Origin: Octopus sinensis
Lineage: Eukaryota
Assembly: GCF_006345805.1 (NCBI RefSeq)
Contig: NC_043002.1
Span: forward strand, 36,270,001-36,334,000
DNA length: 64,000 bases
Direction of reading: 5' to 3'
The notes beneath the pieces are model-generated. The model saw nothing but the letters and a program-made list of their open reading frames with translations. It had not been told where the DNA came from and made no database searches. Positions 40,382 to 52,325 of this stretch are shown here, one piece after another. How positions within the stretch are numbered: position 1 is the stretch's first letter; every line of letters begins with the position of its first letter. A program made the translations under genes and the position numbers.

Positions 40382-43300
40382 TCAGTCCTTTGATAGGATC
40401 TTATCTGCACTGCTTCTCATTGCCCACTCTGTCCAAGAACCATCATAGACAGAAACATTTTCATAATCACATAAATAGGCTGCTAATACAATGCAACATG
40501 CTGTCACTCCTGCAAAAGTTGGAAAAGAGAATCAAGAAATGGTAAATTATCAAAGGAAAAAAATGCTTTTATTACATACACATGCATATATATAAAATCA
40601 CAATGTTCGCTTTCCCATGCTTGCATTGGTCTTAAGAAAATTCATTGTAAATTTTTTCCTGTCATCAACTCTCACATTGTTTCCAAGCAAGGTATTGTTT
40701 TCATCAGATTTAAAACAAATGCCTCTGTTTATATTACATTAACATTGGTTTACAACTTTCATGTGATGTCAAGACAAGGAGGCACATACATATGTATGTA
40801 TGTGTGTGTTTGTGTATATATATATATATACAATAGGGTTTCTTTCATCTGCCAAATCCCCTCATTAGGCTTTAGTTAGTCTGGGATTATGGTAGAAGAC
40901 ACTTACCCAAGGTGCCATGCTGTGGGACTGAACCTCATTGTTATTGAACTGAACCATTGCAACACTTGTTATATTATGTGGAATTTATCCAAGAAATGTT
41001 AGATCCTCTCTTTTATTATTCCCTGTCAGCACCATGGAAACAATTTGAAGAAAACTTATAGTTGGTATACTGAAGGTAGGAGAGCCGAAAGAGGTGCAAA
41101 TAAAAGCATGTAAAACGAGGTTAATATTTTGGTCAATTTTTATTATTCAGTAAAGATTTATTTGTAGTGTTCTTTATCAATTTTTACATGCTAGAATGCA
41201 GACTTGTTTTGGCTTAGTCATATGAATCTATATTTGACTTTGCTAAGAATTTATTGCTGCACCTCCTCTTTTAAAAATGAATTATGCTTCTGATTGTCAA
41301 CACTTAACAAGAAAGGTGTAATTGATGAAATTATTTTAACAACTTCAAAAACCAGAAAGGTAGTCAACATTGGCAGGAGTGAATGTATAGGGGTGTAACT
41401 AAATTTTGATTTCTAATATGGGTGCAATGCCTTAACTAAAGCCAGTCAACTCAATTTGTGCATTTGTGATGATTGCATTCTTGCATAGAAAATAATACAA
41501 AGAAATTTTTACTGAGTAGTAAGAATTAAGATTAGCTTCAACTTATGCATATACATTAACATTTGGTTATCTTACCTTCAATATGTTAACCTTTCTTCTA
41601 TGTCACAATCACCCTGATTAAAAGAGCACCAGATAAAATGCCATACTATAAGTGATAATGTTTCTTAATATTCTTTAGTGCAACTATCACCTAAATCAAC
41701 CTGGTTTTCATCTTTCTGGGTTTGATAAAATAAGCACCAGTCAAGCATATGGTTAATTGTATCAAATATACCCTTCCTAAGAAAAGTTTGGCCTTGTACT
41801 TGTTTATATTAAAAATAGTTATTACTATTAAAAAGAGATACAGGTGGCATAACAATGAAAAACTGCTTTGCAATATTACAACAAGACAGCAAGCTGGCAG
41901 AATCTTTAGCACACCGGACAAAATGCTCAGCAGCATTTTGTCTCTCTACTTTCTGAGTTCAAATTCCACTGATGTTGACTTTGCCTTTCATCATTTTGGG
42001 GTCAATAAAATGAGTACCAATCAAGCACTGGGGTCAATATAACTGACTAACCCCATCCCTATAAACTTTAGGCTTTGTGCCTATAGTTGAAAGGAATATT
42101 TGGTTATATTCTGAGTTGAAATCCTGCTATGGATAAATTTTTTTTTCATTTTGTCAAGGGGCAGTAAAATAAAATATATGTCAACTACTGGAGTTGATTT
42201 AACCAGACAGGAATAGTTGATACAACATTATTACAACTGGATATGAATTAAAAAGCGTCTATGTGCTTATTTGATCTGTTAGAATCAGTAGCCAAATTAC
42301 CTTTTCAATCACACCCCACCATCCTAAAAAGAAGGAAGTAAGTCTTGTTGGACAAGCTGAAATGTCTTTAGTCAAGGAAATGCTCAGTCAATGTCTACCT
42401 TAGCTAAAAGACCACAAATGAACATCTTATTGCTAATCGTTTATGAAATAGAAATGGTCTTTATTTTTCATTTTGATGTGCTTTCTTTGATTTTGCTCAC
42501 ATGATCTTTGAAATATAACAAGTATAACCTTTATTACAACTCATACATGCTCATATTGAAATCTGAGAAAAAAAAAGTTTTTACTTGTTCAGAATTATTA
42601 TCAACAGAATCTTACCTGACCCACAGGATGCAATAAGTGGTTTATTTAAATCTATTTTGACATTTTCAAATACTTTTAAGAGATCCTCTTTCTTTAGTAT
42701 GGTTTTAGTTTCACGGTCCAAAACACTAGTAAAAGGAATATTGGTTGCACCTTGAAAATGACCTGATTTGATATCTACAAGAAAGCAAAAAGAAAAAAAA
42801 ACATTACAAACTTCAGACTCTCCAGCAGCCACTTTTAATTACAATAATTAAGAGGAATTATTAGGCAGGAAGCAGACTGTTTTGTTACATTTTGATAACA
42901 AAATACCAAGTGATGAGCATCCTGGTAACTAACTACTTGACAGAGATGGGCATCAAAACTGCTTCTTATGACTTTGTCATTTCTCAAGCTGAAGGAGAAC
43001 CTCAAGAGCAGTTGTTTTGAAGATACTGAGAAGATGGAGGCAGTGACAAGGGTCCTGGACACCTCCTCTTCAGGAGGACTTGCATGGGACCTTCATGAGT
43101 ACTACAATAAATGTACTAAAGTCTGAGGATCCTACTTTGAAGGAGATTAGAGTTTTGTACTTAATTGAAATTAATAGATGTCTCTCCTGAAAAAGTTTAA
43201 ACTTGTATACTATGCTAAAAAAAAAAAGATAATCATTGGTCATGGTTGGAACACTGTCAATTATAGATCTGTTTAACTGGAGTTGAGCTGTGGTGCAACA

Positions 43301-46300
43301 ACAGTAAGTAATGAGCAAATGAGTTAACCTCCATGCAGTCACTGCATCTGCAAAAAAAAACAGCAACTGTGAATTGCCCTCAGAATATACTCTATTGTCT
43401 TAGAAAAGGAAACACACATGGGACAATGTAGTTCTGAATATATTATGCCTTGTGTAAGTGTGGGGGTAGGAATAAAACAAAAACAGTAATGTTACAGAGG
43501 TTGAAAAACAAGTAATCAGAAAATAAAAAGAAAATCTGTGAACAGACTTAGTGGGGTCAGTTTTATTTGACTCTGCCCATGGGAGACACAAAAGCAGGTG
43601 GTTACATGAATTTGTGTTTATGGCTCACTAATTAATGGAAACATTATTTTCAGCCGTTAACACTAAACCATGTGACTCTTTTGTATCTTACAGGGGTACA
43701 ATCAAGCAAAATTGCACCCTCTAAAGTGTATTTGCAGATTCAAAGTATGACATTTTGTTCTCTTTGTTTCATCACAACCATTCATTGAGAATAGTCATTA
43801 AACTTCTGAGTAATTTTCTTGTAGCAGACTAGCATCCTGTCAAGACAAATAATATTTCTCTCTCATTTGATTAATGCTACAGAAAATTTAAATTATGGAC
43901 TCTTACATTATGAAATATTTGAGTCTACAGCAATATATAAAACCTATCAGGAATTATAGCAGCCCTGGTTGAGAGCCAATCTACACTCCAATGTTTTTTA
44001 TGTTATTTAGATGCTTTGTCTTGGAGGAAGGGACAGTTCAGTGCCCATGACCTTCATGTGCCTTTTGCAACTTGTAACCTTGATGCTGTTAGTGTTCTAT
44101 TAATATTCTTGTAGATCAACACCTGCAGGAAAAACATGAGCAGTTAGAAGAGTCCAGAAGTGCAATGTTCTAGGAAGGACTGAGTTTGTGATTAGTACAA
44201 AGTGGTGGGGTGGAGTGAATGCAAAAAGAGTGATGAAAAATAAAGAAACAAGTGGGCCAAGGGTGCTTGACTGGAGAACGTACAAAACTAGCCAGCTCCA
44301 TGGAACAGAAGTCACTGTAGTAGTAACAGAAAAGACAAAGAGAGAAGACATTACACTTGAAAGCCAATGTCTGGGGCATGTCTGTTAGTGGTTTAATGCC
44401 ATTCAATCAAGTGGTCATTCTCAGAGTAGTCTAGGATATTTGTATGCATAACAGCAGCACCATCCCAAATGTGGCAGCAGGATTACATTATGGCCCTCTT
44501 GATTTTTTTAAATCTTTTATCCATTACTTATTTCGGTCATTAGACTGTGGCCATGCTGGAGCACTGTCTTGAAGGGTTTTGTTGAACAAACCAACCCCAG
44601 TCCTCATTTTTAAGCCTGGTACTTATTCTATTTGTCTCCCTTGCTGGACCGCCAAGTTACGAAGATGTAAACGAATCAACACCAGTGGCTAAGTGGCAGC
44701 AGAGAGCAAACACAAGGGTACACACACACACATTCACAAACACATATATACATACAAACACACATATACACACACGATAGGCTTGTTTCAGTTCCCATCT
44801 ATGAAATCCACTTACAAGGCTTTGGTTGACCCAGGTCTATAGTAAAAGACACCAGCTTGAGGTGCCATGCAGTGGGAGTGAACCTGAAACCATGTGGTTG
44901 GGAAGCAAGCTTCTTACCACATATCCATGCCCACACTTTTGTAGATTTTTTTAAATAAATACTTTACATTGCACTTGGTGCAAAACTTGTGTGTGTGTAG
45001 ATCAGCTGACGTGATGACAATAACATTTTATCAACTCACGAAATATGAATGTTTCTTTTGAATTTGAACTAAAAATAACACAAAGCATCTCGTAGATAGG
45101 GTGATAGTGTAGTTGGAATCATTACTGCTTGCATTTATTCAACTGACCTATCATAGACTGATGTTCAACATGGTTATAAACAAACAAACAAAAATTACAA
45201 TGAGCTAAGTAAAATAACTGAATTGATCCAATGGCATCAAACTGGATAAATAAGTTAAGGGGCGATGTGCTGACTGCAATACCTTTTATCTATTTCAGTC
45301 ATTTGACTGTGGCCATGCTGGGGCATTGCCTTGAAGGGTTTAGTCAAAGAGATCAACCCTAGTACTTATTTTAAGTCTGGTACTTGTTCTCTCAATGTGG
45401 GAGACAAACACACACACACACACACACATACATATGATGGGCTTCCACACAGTTTCTGCCTACCAAATTACAAGGCAAATGTCTTCTGTAGACCTGGGCC
45501 AAGCCCAGGACTATAGTTGAAGATGGCTAAGGTGCCTCAACGTGGGACTGAACCTGAAACCACGTGGTTGCAAAGCGAAGTTCTTAGTCACATAGCTATA
45601 CTAATGGCAATTCTCACAGAAAAGAGATGTTATGGCATCCAATACATTCCCCCTCTCCCACCTTGTTATAACTTATCCAAATTCCTGCCATTGGCTCATT
45701 TCAATTATTTCCCTTAGCCCATTTTATCTTTAACTATGCCAATTGTTTTTATCTCTTTTCAACATATGTAAATCTTTATCTACTGATCTAGCTGATTTGT
45801 CTAAACTATATTATGCTGATCAGATCTAAAAGACCAAAACATATCCATAGCTCTGTCTTTTGTTTGTAAACACAGATCAAGCATTCCTCTTAGCATGTAA
45901 AGGGGAATTAATTCTTAATTTCTTAAAATTATCTGAAAATCGTTAACAATTACAGCTAGAGTTTAAACTTTAAACCTCTATAACTTATTAAAAACATCTT
46001 TCCGGGAAAAATGAAGCGGTGGTAAAGGACATGGATCGCACCTCCTTTTGGCTTTTTTTTTTTTTTCTACAGAAACCCATCTTTTCAACTGTAGAGATTC
46101 CGAATCTGCAAAAAAAGTCATCTCCCCACCCCTTGGAAAAGACTTTACCCACAAATTTCTTTATAATCGTAATGTATGCCGTTTGAAAGGTATTTATATA
46201 GAATTACATTGCAAAAACACCATTATCCTAAAAGTTATGAGGGAAAAACTCAGATCTTGTGAATTTTCCGAAGTCCTCTCCCCACCCCCTTGGTAAAGAT

Positions 46301-49190
46301 TTTCCCCACAAATTTCTTTATAATTCTAATGTATGCCATTTGAAAGATATTTCTACAAAATTTCATGGAAAAAAAAACAATATTTTCCTAAAAGTTACGA
46401 GGGAAAAACTCGGACGTTGGGAATTTTCCGGGGACCTCTCCCCATCCTCCCGTTGCTTTGCGCGCATTTTTTTTATTCATATACATTTCCTACACATTTT
46501 TTTTACACCCATGGCACAACTTGTTTCTGATTTTCGTTTCCAGGTCAAGTTGTAAACATTAACCAAAATTTTCGGTAAACTTAAATTTTTGAAATGCTGG
46601 CAGCAAAACCAATAAGATCCAAATTTTGTTTTGTTTCACTAATTTTTTTTCCTCCCCGAACGAGATTCCGCATGTCACATAAACAAACGTAGTGTGTATG
46701 CTTGAAGGATCAGACAGAGACACATGTACATGAAGTGATGAACTTTCGGCGGACGTTATTTTTATTTATTTATTTTTTACAGAATCTCTCATTTTCGAGT
46801 ACGGAGATTCTGATTCTGCAAAAAACCGACATTTTAAAATTTTGACTCCCCACCCCCCAATTCTTCACTTTTCACTTTTTTCAGAATAACACAAACCCTA
46901 ACCTTACCACCCCTATATATATATAAAAAAACAAACACTTTCTTGAAATGTATCTGGTACTTCCGGTACTTATACCGAAGTTACGCCGTGAAAATTGAAG
47001 AATTTAAAATGTTAAAATGCCGGGGTTTTTTTGGTTTTTATTTTCTACAGAATCAGAATATCCGTACTCAAAAATGGGGAATTCCGAAGAAGAAAAAATA
47101 ATAATGAAAGTGGGTGTGGTCCACATTATTTACGTTCGCCGAACTTTCGACCTTCACACAATTTTGAGAATTGCACCAGTAATTAGATCCGTTAAATTAG
47201 CTGTGCAGTGAAAGATATGGGACATCACTCAAAGATCGTGTAGGTCAGTTAAAAAGTAAGATTACAATACGAAAAAGAGAAGTTTAATAACCTTTTATAG
47301 GTAATTGTTCAGCATGGGAAATTTATAAAAGTAAATACAAATTAAGAGGGAGATAACTAGTAAAGGAACATAAGTCAACTTACTGTTAAACAACAAACAT
47401 ACTTTCAACATTTTGTGCGGGAACGTACTTATTTGCAGGACGAAAAATCTTGCTTTCATCAATTCCCACAACTAGTGGTTGCCCATTACTATCAACACTG
47501 TCGATTTGCATCGGGTTTTGTTCATACAAACGTCACATACTTTACAGCAGAAATTACACCAATCTACGAATGTAGTCCGACTGTTTATGAACATTCTTGC
47601 GACATATCGCGTGACCAGCAATGAATGATCAAAAGAATTAACTGTGACGAACTTATTTCCTCTTTTTACACCAACATTTTCCCATCAATAGCGTCACCAC
47701 GCGTATTAAGGCCACATGGTGAATTACAATTTTCGCAAGTGTACATATTCATAATTAGTTGACGCCGTTCCAACCACTGAAGAATCTTGTCTCCTGATTC
47801 GGCTAATTGAATGATATTCCAAGATTCCTCTAAGGTTGATTCACGATTAAGGACATTTAGGTGTAAGTAAAGAATGAGAACGTAGTTATCTCCCCCAGTA
47901 TTTTTTTACTTCCCTACACTGAACAGTTATATATTTCAGACCCAAAGCTCATCATCAGAAGTATGTTTACATCTGATGACGGACCATTTATATTGTTATT
48001 TTACTTCATCATAATGATTCAAGCAAGCTACAACGTTCTTCTGTAGGTTAGTAAACCGAAATGTTAAAATTTTGACTACATCAGCTGTTTGTAAAGATCA
48101 AAAAGATAATAATAAAGTCCACTATATTTAGATCGGTTAAATTAGCTGCGCAGTGAAAGATGTAGGACTTCACTCAAAGATCGTGTAGGTCAGTTAAAAA
48201 TTAAAATTACAATACGAAAAAGAAAAGTTTAATAATTTTATATATTTCAGACCCAAAGCCCATCATCAGAAGTATGTTTATGCCTGATGACGGACCATTT
48301 ATATTGTTATTTTACTTCATCATAATGATTCAAGCAAGCTACAACGTCCTTCTGTAGGTTAGTAAACCGAAATGTTAAAATTTTGACTACATCAGCTGCT
48401 TGTAAAAATAATAATAAAGTCCACTATATTTAGGTCGGTTAAATTAACTCAAAGATCGTGTAGGTCAGTTAAAAATGTTTAAAATTTGACTACATCAGCT
48501 GTTTGTAAAGATAAGAATAAAAGTACATTTATACATAACTTTAAAGGTCACTTTTCCGTTGATTATATTAACCCTAAAATAACACGAAACAAACCGAAAG
48601 AATTTACCTGCGCGGGGTTCTGGAGCAGTTCCTTGAAATCTGCCTTTGGAACGTGCATCAACAACCTGGCTTAATTTACTTTCGATATTATCATTGATAT
48701 CGTTAAAATTCTTAACAAGTTCGGGGCGGTATCTGGCAATAAATTTAGACGGTGGGAATGTCTCCACTTTATCAGTGACCGATTGGTTCAGTGAAAGCCA
48801 TTTAGGTAATCCTCCATCTAACACTGACACGAAATCGTGACCAAATACTCGAAAGGTCCACCAAACACGGGCTGCAGAAAAAAGCCCGAACTTTTCACTG
48901 GTATCATAGACAATAACATGACTGTCGTTTTTAATTCCCATTCGACGTACATAATCTTCAAATTCTTCAGGTGATGGTAACATATGGGGGTATGGAGAAT
49001 TCTGATCGACGCACTCGTTAACATCGAAAAACAGAGCACCAGGAATATGTTTCACTGCATACTCTGCCTTCTGATCACGGTTAGCTGCTGGCATATGAAA
49101 AGATCCATCCAGAATACGAATGCATGGGTCTTTTGAGGCTATTCTTGATGCCAACCATTTTACTGATACAACAGCTGAGTTCTTCAACAT
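40382..49190 (-). CDS. MPST: 3-mercaptopyruvate sulfurtransferase / tandem-domain rhodanese, 289 aa, 3 coding exons
   Basis: Exons 49190-48608, 42774-42616 and 40509-40382 (870 nt, phases consistent). Motifs HIPGALFFD, HMLPS, VYD, SAARVWWTFRVFGH, VLDGGLPKW, DARSKGRF-G-PEPR, SGH, active-site loop CGSG|VT (MPST-type, not the CRKGVT of TST) and VYDGSWTEW. An acceptor (ttctttctaaccag) at 49204 implies an unlocated upstream exon. Confidence 0.92.
42850..44400 (-). mobile_element. Ancient CR1/L2-like LINE remnants in MPST intron
   Basis: VLQSSTLGPLVSLFFI near 44200-44280 resembles RT motif VPQGSVLGPLLFLIFI; weaker C-terminal remnants toward 43000. Confidence 0.4.
44520..45610 (-). mobile_element. 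Two composite tRNA-derived SINE copies (44520-44930 and 45280-45610)
   Basis: Both contain gactgtggccatgctgg-gca-tg-cttgaaggg...ggtacttattct, a (CA)n tract and the ...gtgggactgaacctgaaaccatgtggttg head. Confidence 0.65.
46075..46510 (+). repeat. Dispersed repeat built of ~155-bp tandem subunits
   Basis: ccccacccccttgg-aaaga-ttt-cccacaaatttctttataat recurs at about 46124 and 46281, and a third unit starts near 46438; inverted homolog at 49731-50154. Confidence 0.75.
47183..48530. repeat. ~311-bp tandem repeat (about 3 units) containing hammerhead-like cores; first unit split by a Merlin insertion
   Basis: ttagatc-gttaaattagctg-gcagtgaaagat at 47183 and 48128, with a deleted third copy at 48430. 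atatttcagacccaaagc-catcatcagaagtatg at 47931 and 48242 (period 311). Confidence 0.8.
47300..47929 (-). mobile_element. Merlin-superfamily (IS1595/ISXO2-like) DNA transposon, internally deleted, about 630 bp
   Basis: Minus-strand transposase remnants CENC (47726-47737), VDWCNFC (WCNF 47550-47561) and VVGIDESK (IDESK 47449-47463). Imperfect ~60-bp TIRs: GGTAATTGTTCAG...GGGAGATAACTAG (left) versus GTAGTTATCTCCC...CTGAACAGTTA (right). Confidence 0.72.
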
Positions 49191-49303
49191 GTTAAATTCC
49201 TTCCTGGTTAGAAAGAAGTTCACTCAAAATAGAATTTTATGTCAAATTTAAGAGTTATCACCCCTGAAAAAACTACCAATGAATACAGATTGTGTATATG
49301 TGA

Positions 49304-49555
49304 AGGTGCGTGGCTTATTGGTTAGGTATTCGCCTCGCGATCGTAAGGACGCGGGTTCGATTTCGACGGCGTGTTTTGTCTTGAGCAAGACACTTTATTC
49401 ACGTTACTTAAGTCTATTCAGCTGGCAAAAATGAGTTGTACCTGTACTTCAAATGGCCGACCTTGCAACATTCAATGTCGCACTGAATCTCCCTGAGAAC
49501 TACGTCAAGGATATGCATGTCTGTGGGGTACTCATCCACTTACACGTTAATTTAT
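49304..49555 (+). mobile_element. tRNA-derived SINE just upstream of the MPST first coding exon
   Basis: Head gtggcttattggttagg...gcgggttcgatttc (A/B-box-like) followed by gtcttgagcaagacacttt body; no complete cloverleaf. Confidence 0.65.
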
Positions 49556-49730
49556 ATGATCTCACATTCGCCTTTTCGACCCCCTCTCCTCCGTTTTACC
49601 CATTTTCCCCCCATTTATTTTTTCTTCCTTTCCCTTTCATTATCCTTTAGGTTCTTTATTTCTCGGTCAATATAAAGTTTGAGGCCCGTTAACGAAAGCA
49701 AAAAAAAAAAAAGAAAAAAACAGCCTACTA

Positions 49731-50154
49731 GATGTAAAAAAAAAATTGTGTAGAAAACGAATATGAACGGAGGCGTAGGGAGAGGACTTTCGGAAAATTC
49801 ACAAGATCCGATTTTTCTTTCAACTTTCAGGAAAATGGATATGTATTGAAATTTTATAGAAATGCCATTCAAATGGCACAAATTACAATTTTAAAGAAAT
49901 TTCTGGGGAAAATTTTTTCCGGAGGGGTAAGGAGAGGACTTGGAAAATTCACAGGATCCGTTTTTTTTTTTTTTCTGCTCATAACTTTCAAGAAAATGGA
50001 TATCTTTTAATGAAATTTTACAGAAATACATTTCAAACAGCATAGATTACGATTATAAAGAAATTTGTGGGAGAAAAGGTTTTCCGAAAGGGTGGGAAGA
50101 GGACTGTCGGAAAGTTCACACGATCGGGTTTTTTTCCCTTATAACTTTCAGGAT
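49731..50154 (-). repeat. Inverted copy of the ~155-bp-subunit repeat
   Basis: ggact-t-ggaaaattcaca-gatccg at about 49785, 49937 and 50101; reverse complement is colinear with 46120-46510. Confidence 0.75.
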
Positions 50155-50199
50155 CTAGTTTAGCGCCCGGTTACTAAAACGAAAAACAGAAGGCTGCAT

Positions 50200-50250
50200 A
50201 ACTGGGATCCGGAACTCTCGTGGGGAAAATTTTTCGCGGCCAATCAGAGC
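50200..50250 (-). promoter_or_regulatory. Candidate MPST promoter motif cluster
   Basis: CCGGAA 50209-50214, E2F-like TTTTCGCG 50231-50238 and CCAAT 50240-50244, about 1 kb upstream of the MPST ATG. TSS not determinable. Confidence 0.3.
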
Positions 50251-50514
50251 AGAGCCACCTTTATCTTTTCTTCATTTCTAGTCAGCACCATTCATTCTTT
50301 ACTCTTTCCCTCTCTACTGGCAAACAACAACGTCTCCGTTTAGGTTAATGTTTGTTTCCTTTTGTCATTGAGCATTGAGATGGCTGTGAAGTGTGCTAAA
50401 AATAACAGCTAAATAAGATTTTCTGGATAAATATTTTAGATTAAAGTTTATTTGCCAACAACTCGCTCAGAGATTTAAAACTTAATTGTTTTTCTCTTTT
50501 GAATTAACATAAAC

Positions 50515-51742
50515 ATTTATTCCATGTTTCAGCAATTCTGAGCGTGAAAAAAAAATGTATAACGGAGAAAGACGTGAACGAATAGACTTGGGTAAGTTGA
50601 ATAAGCGACGATTGCCAAAAGAGAATGCCGATCATGTTACAGTCTGGGGCAAGGATTTAAATGATTTCAGTTCTGCTGGGTCTGTTGACGTGGCTGTGGT
50701 CTGCTGTCTGTTGTGGTAACGATGAAGACCGCGGAGAAGGCTGGTTGAAGAAAGTGTGAGACAAGCTGGATTTCTGGTTTATCGACGCTAGCTCAAAGAG
50801 ACGTGATGTGCGTGGCCAATAGCTGCTGCCAAAGACCAAGGGAGATAGAATACAAGGGTTTTTATAACCCTGGGTAGGCTCCAGATACAAAGTGATCTTT
50901 TCCGCGTTGAAAACAAACTGTTGCAAACACGCGATTCAACAGTTAGTAACCGACAATACATGCAACTAGTTTGGCAAGCCACTAGGTAATGTGATTCAAT
51001 GTAAAGAAAAGCTTTGTTGAGCCTATTCTGTAGTATTTAAGCTTAAACAATCAAACGTAATAAAAGCATTACACATTTCTGTTACAAATGTTTCCGGGGG
51101 CTGTGTTGTTTTTGATTTTGTAAGCATGTTCACGAATGTTTGACATATGGAATTCAAAAAGGGTGTCCAAGGTTGTTGTTGGAAAGATGGTGGATAATAG
51201 TCAGTTGCCAGATGTCGAAGCTTTAATGTGTCCATGCACAGGGAAGCAAGACATTCAGAGTATGGTAGATGCCTGACGGCAGATATCCGTTTGGTCGCAC
51301 GTTTCTGAACATTTTCCAAGAAATTGATATGCTGAGCAAGATAGGGGTTCCAGACTGGTGATGCAAACTCTAAGTGTGGACGTACCATAGTTATATACAG
51401 TATTAAAAAGATAGCCGGAGAGCGGCTGACAGAGGTCTTACTGTGTTATGCTGAGACACCCTCAGCCTTCTTGACAATCTTAGCGATGTGGTTTGTCCAA
51501 CGCAGTTGACTGTTTACAATAATACCCTGATCACGTTCTCTAACAATCTTCTCAAGATTGGTGTTGTTGAGTGGGTATGTAAAAGCTGGGTTTTTCCTCC
51601 CAAAATGCATAGTGATGCGCTGGTCCACAGCTAGCTTGAGTTGCCGTTCAGTAATCCATTGCTGCATTGTGTCCAGGTCTAATTGCAGAAAAGATTTATA
51701 GCGTATAGGATCTGTTCTTTTTATCTCAAGGTATATTTTACC
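50515..51742 (-). mobile_element. CR1-clade LINE 3' fragment interrupted by a solo LTR
   Basis: LQLDLDTMQQW, RERDQGIIVNSQL, VRPHLEFASPVWNPY, LENVQKRATK, ...RKHF | FFTLRIAETWNK; reading resumes across 50558-51086. Confidence 0.82.
50558..51086 (+). mobile_element. Solo LTR (529 bp), Gypsy-like
   Basis: Termini TATAAC...GTTACA (decayed TG...CA), 4-bp duplication AATG at 50554-57 and 51087-90, TTTATAA at 50861 and AATAAA at 51059-64. Confidence 0.72.
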
Positions 51743-51804
51743 TTTTACTCGTTTCAGTCACTGGGCTGCGGCCATGTTAAAGCACCGCCTTGATGGGTGT
51801 AGTC

Positions 51805-52040
51805 CAGTGGTTCTCAACTGGGGTACATAAGGTCCTTGGGATTCCACATAAGATTTTGTTATTAAAAATTTATCTGCAATAAATTGGTTATACCTCTACA
51901 ATACACAAAATATATTTTTTTATACAATTCCTAATAATATTTAATGATAAAAATATAATAGGATTTATTTCTAAACATTGAATGGTTATAGATAGGAATC
52001 AAAGGGGTCCATAGGCAAAAAAAATGGTTAAGAACCACTG
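51805..52040. mobile_element. hAT-type MITE inserted in a SINE
   Basis: TIRs CAGTGGTTCTCAAC / GTTAAGAACCACTG; 8-bp flanks GTGTAGTC / GTTTGGTC (6/8). Confidence 0.75.
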
Positions 52041-52225
52041 GTTTGGTCAAACAAATTGGCGTCAGTGCTTATTTTATAAGTCTGGTACTTATTCTATCGG
52101 TCTCTCTTGCTGAAATACAAGATTACAGTGGCATAAATAAACCCATACCAGTTGTCAAGCGGTGGTAGGGAACAAATAGACACATACCACAAATATATGT
52201 GCGTGCGCGCGTGTATACGATGGGT

Positions 52226-52325
52226 CTCTAGGAAGAGAGATAGAAGGGATAGAGGAGAGGAAGGGAGAGGGGAATGGAGACAGGAGAAGAAGGGAGGAAG
52301 GAAGAGAGAGAGAGAGAGGATGAAT
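52226..52325 (+). repeat. Polypurine / (GA)n tract
   Basis: About 95 nt almost entirely A/G. Confidence 0.8.

Noticed and set aside
49304-49380. tRNA gene (also heads at 24540 and 58147)
   Set aside because: Only A/B-box-like text without a complete cloverleaf, fused to multicopy SINE bodies.
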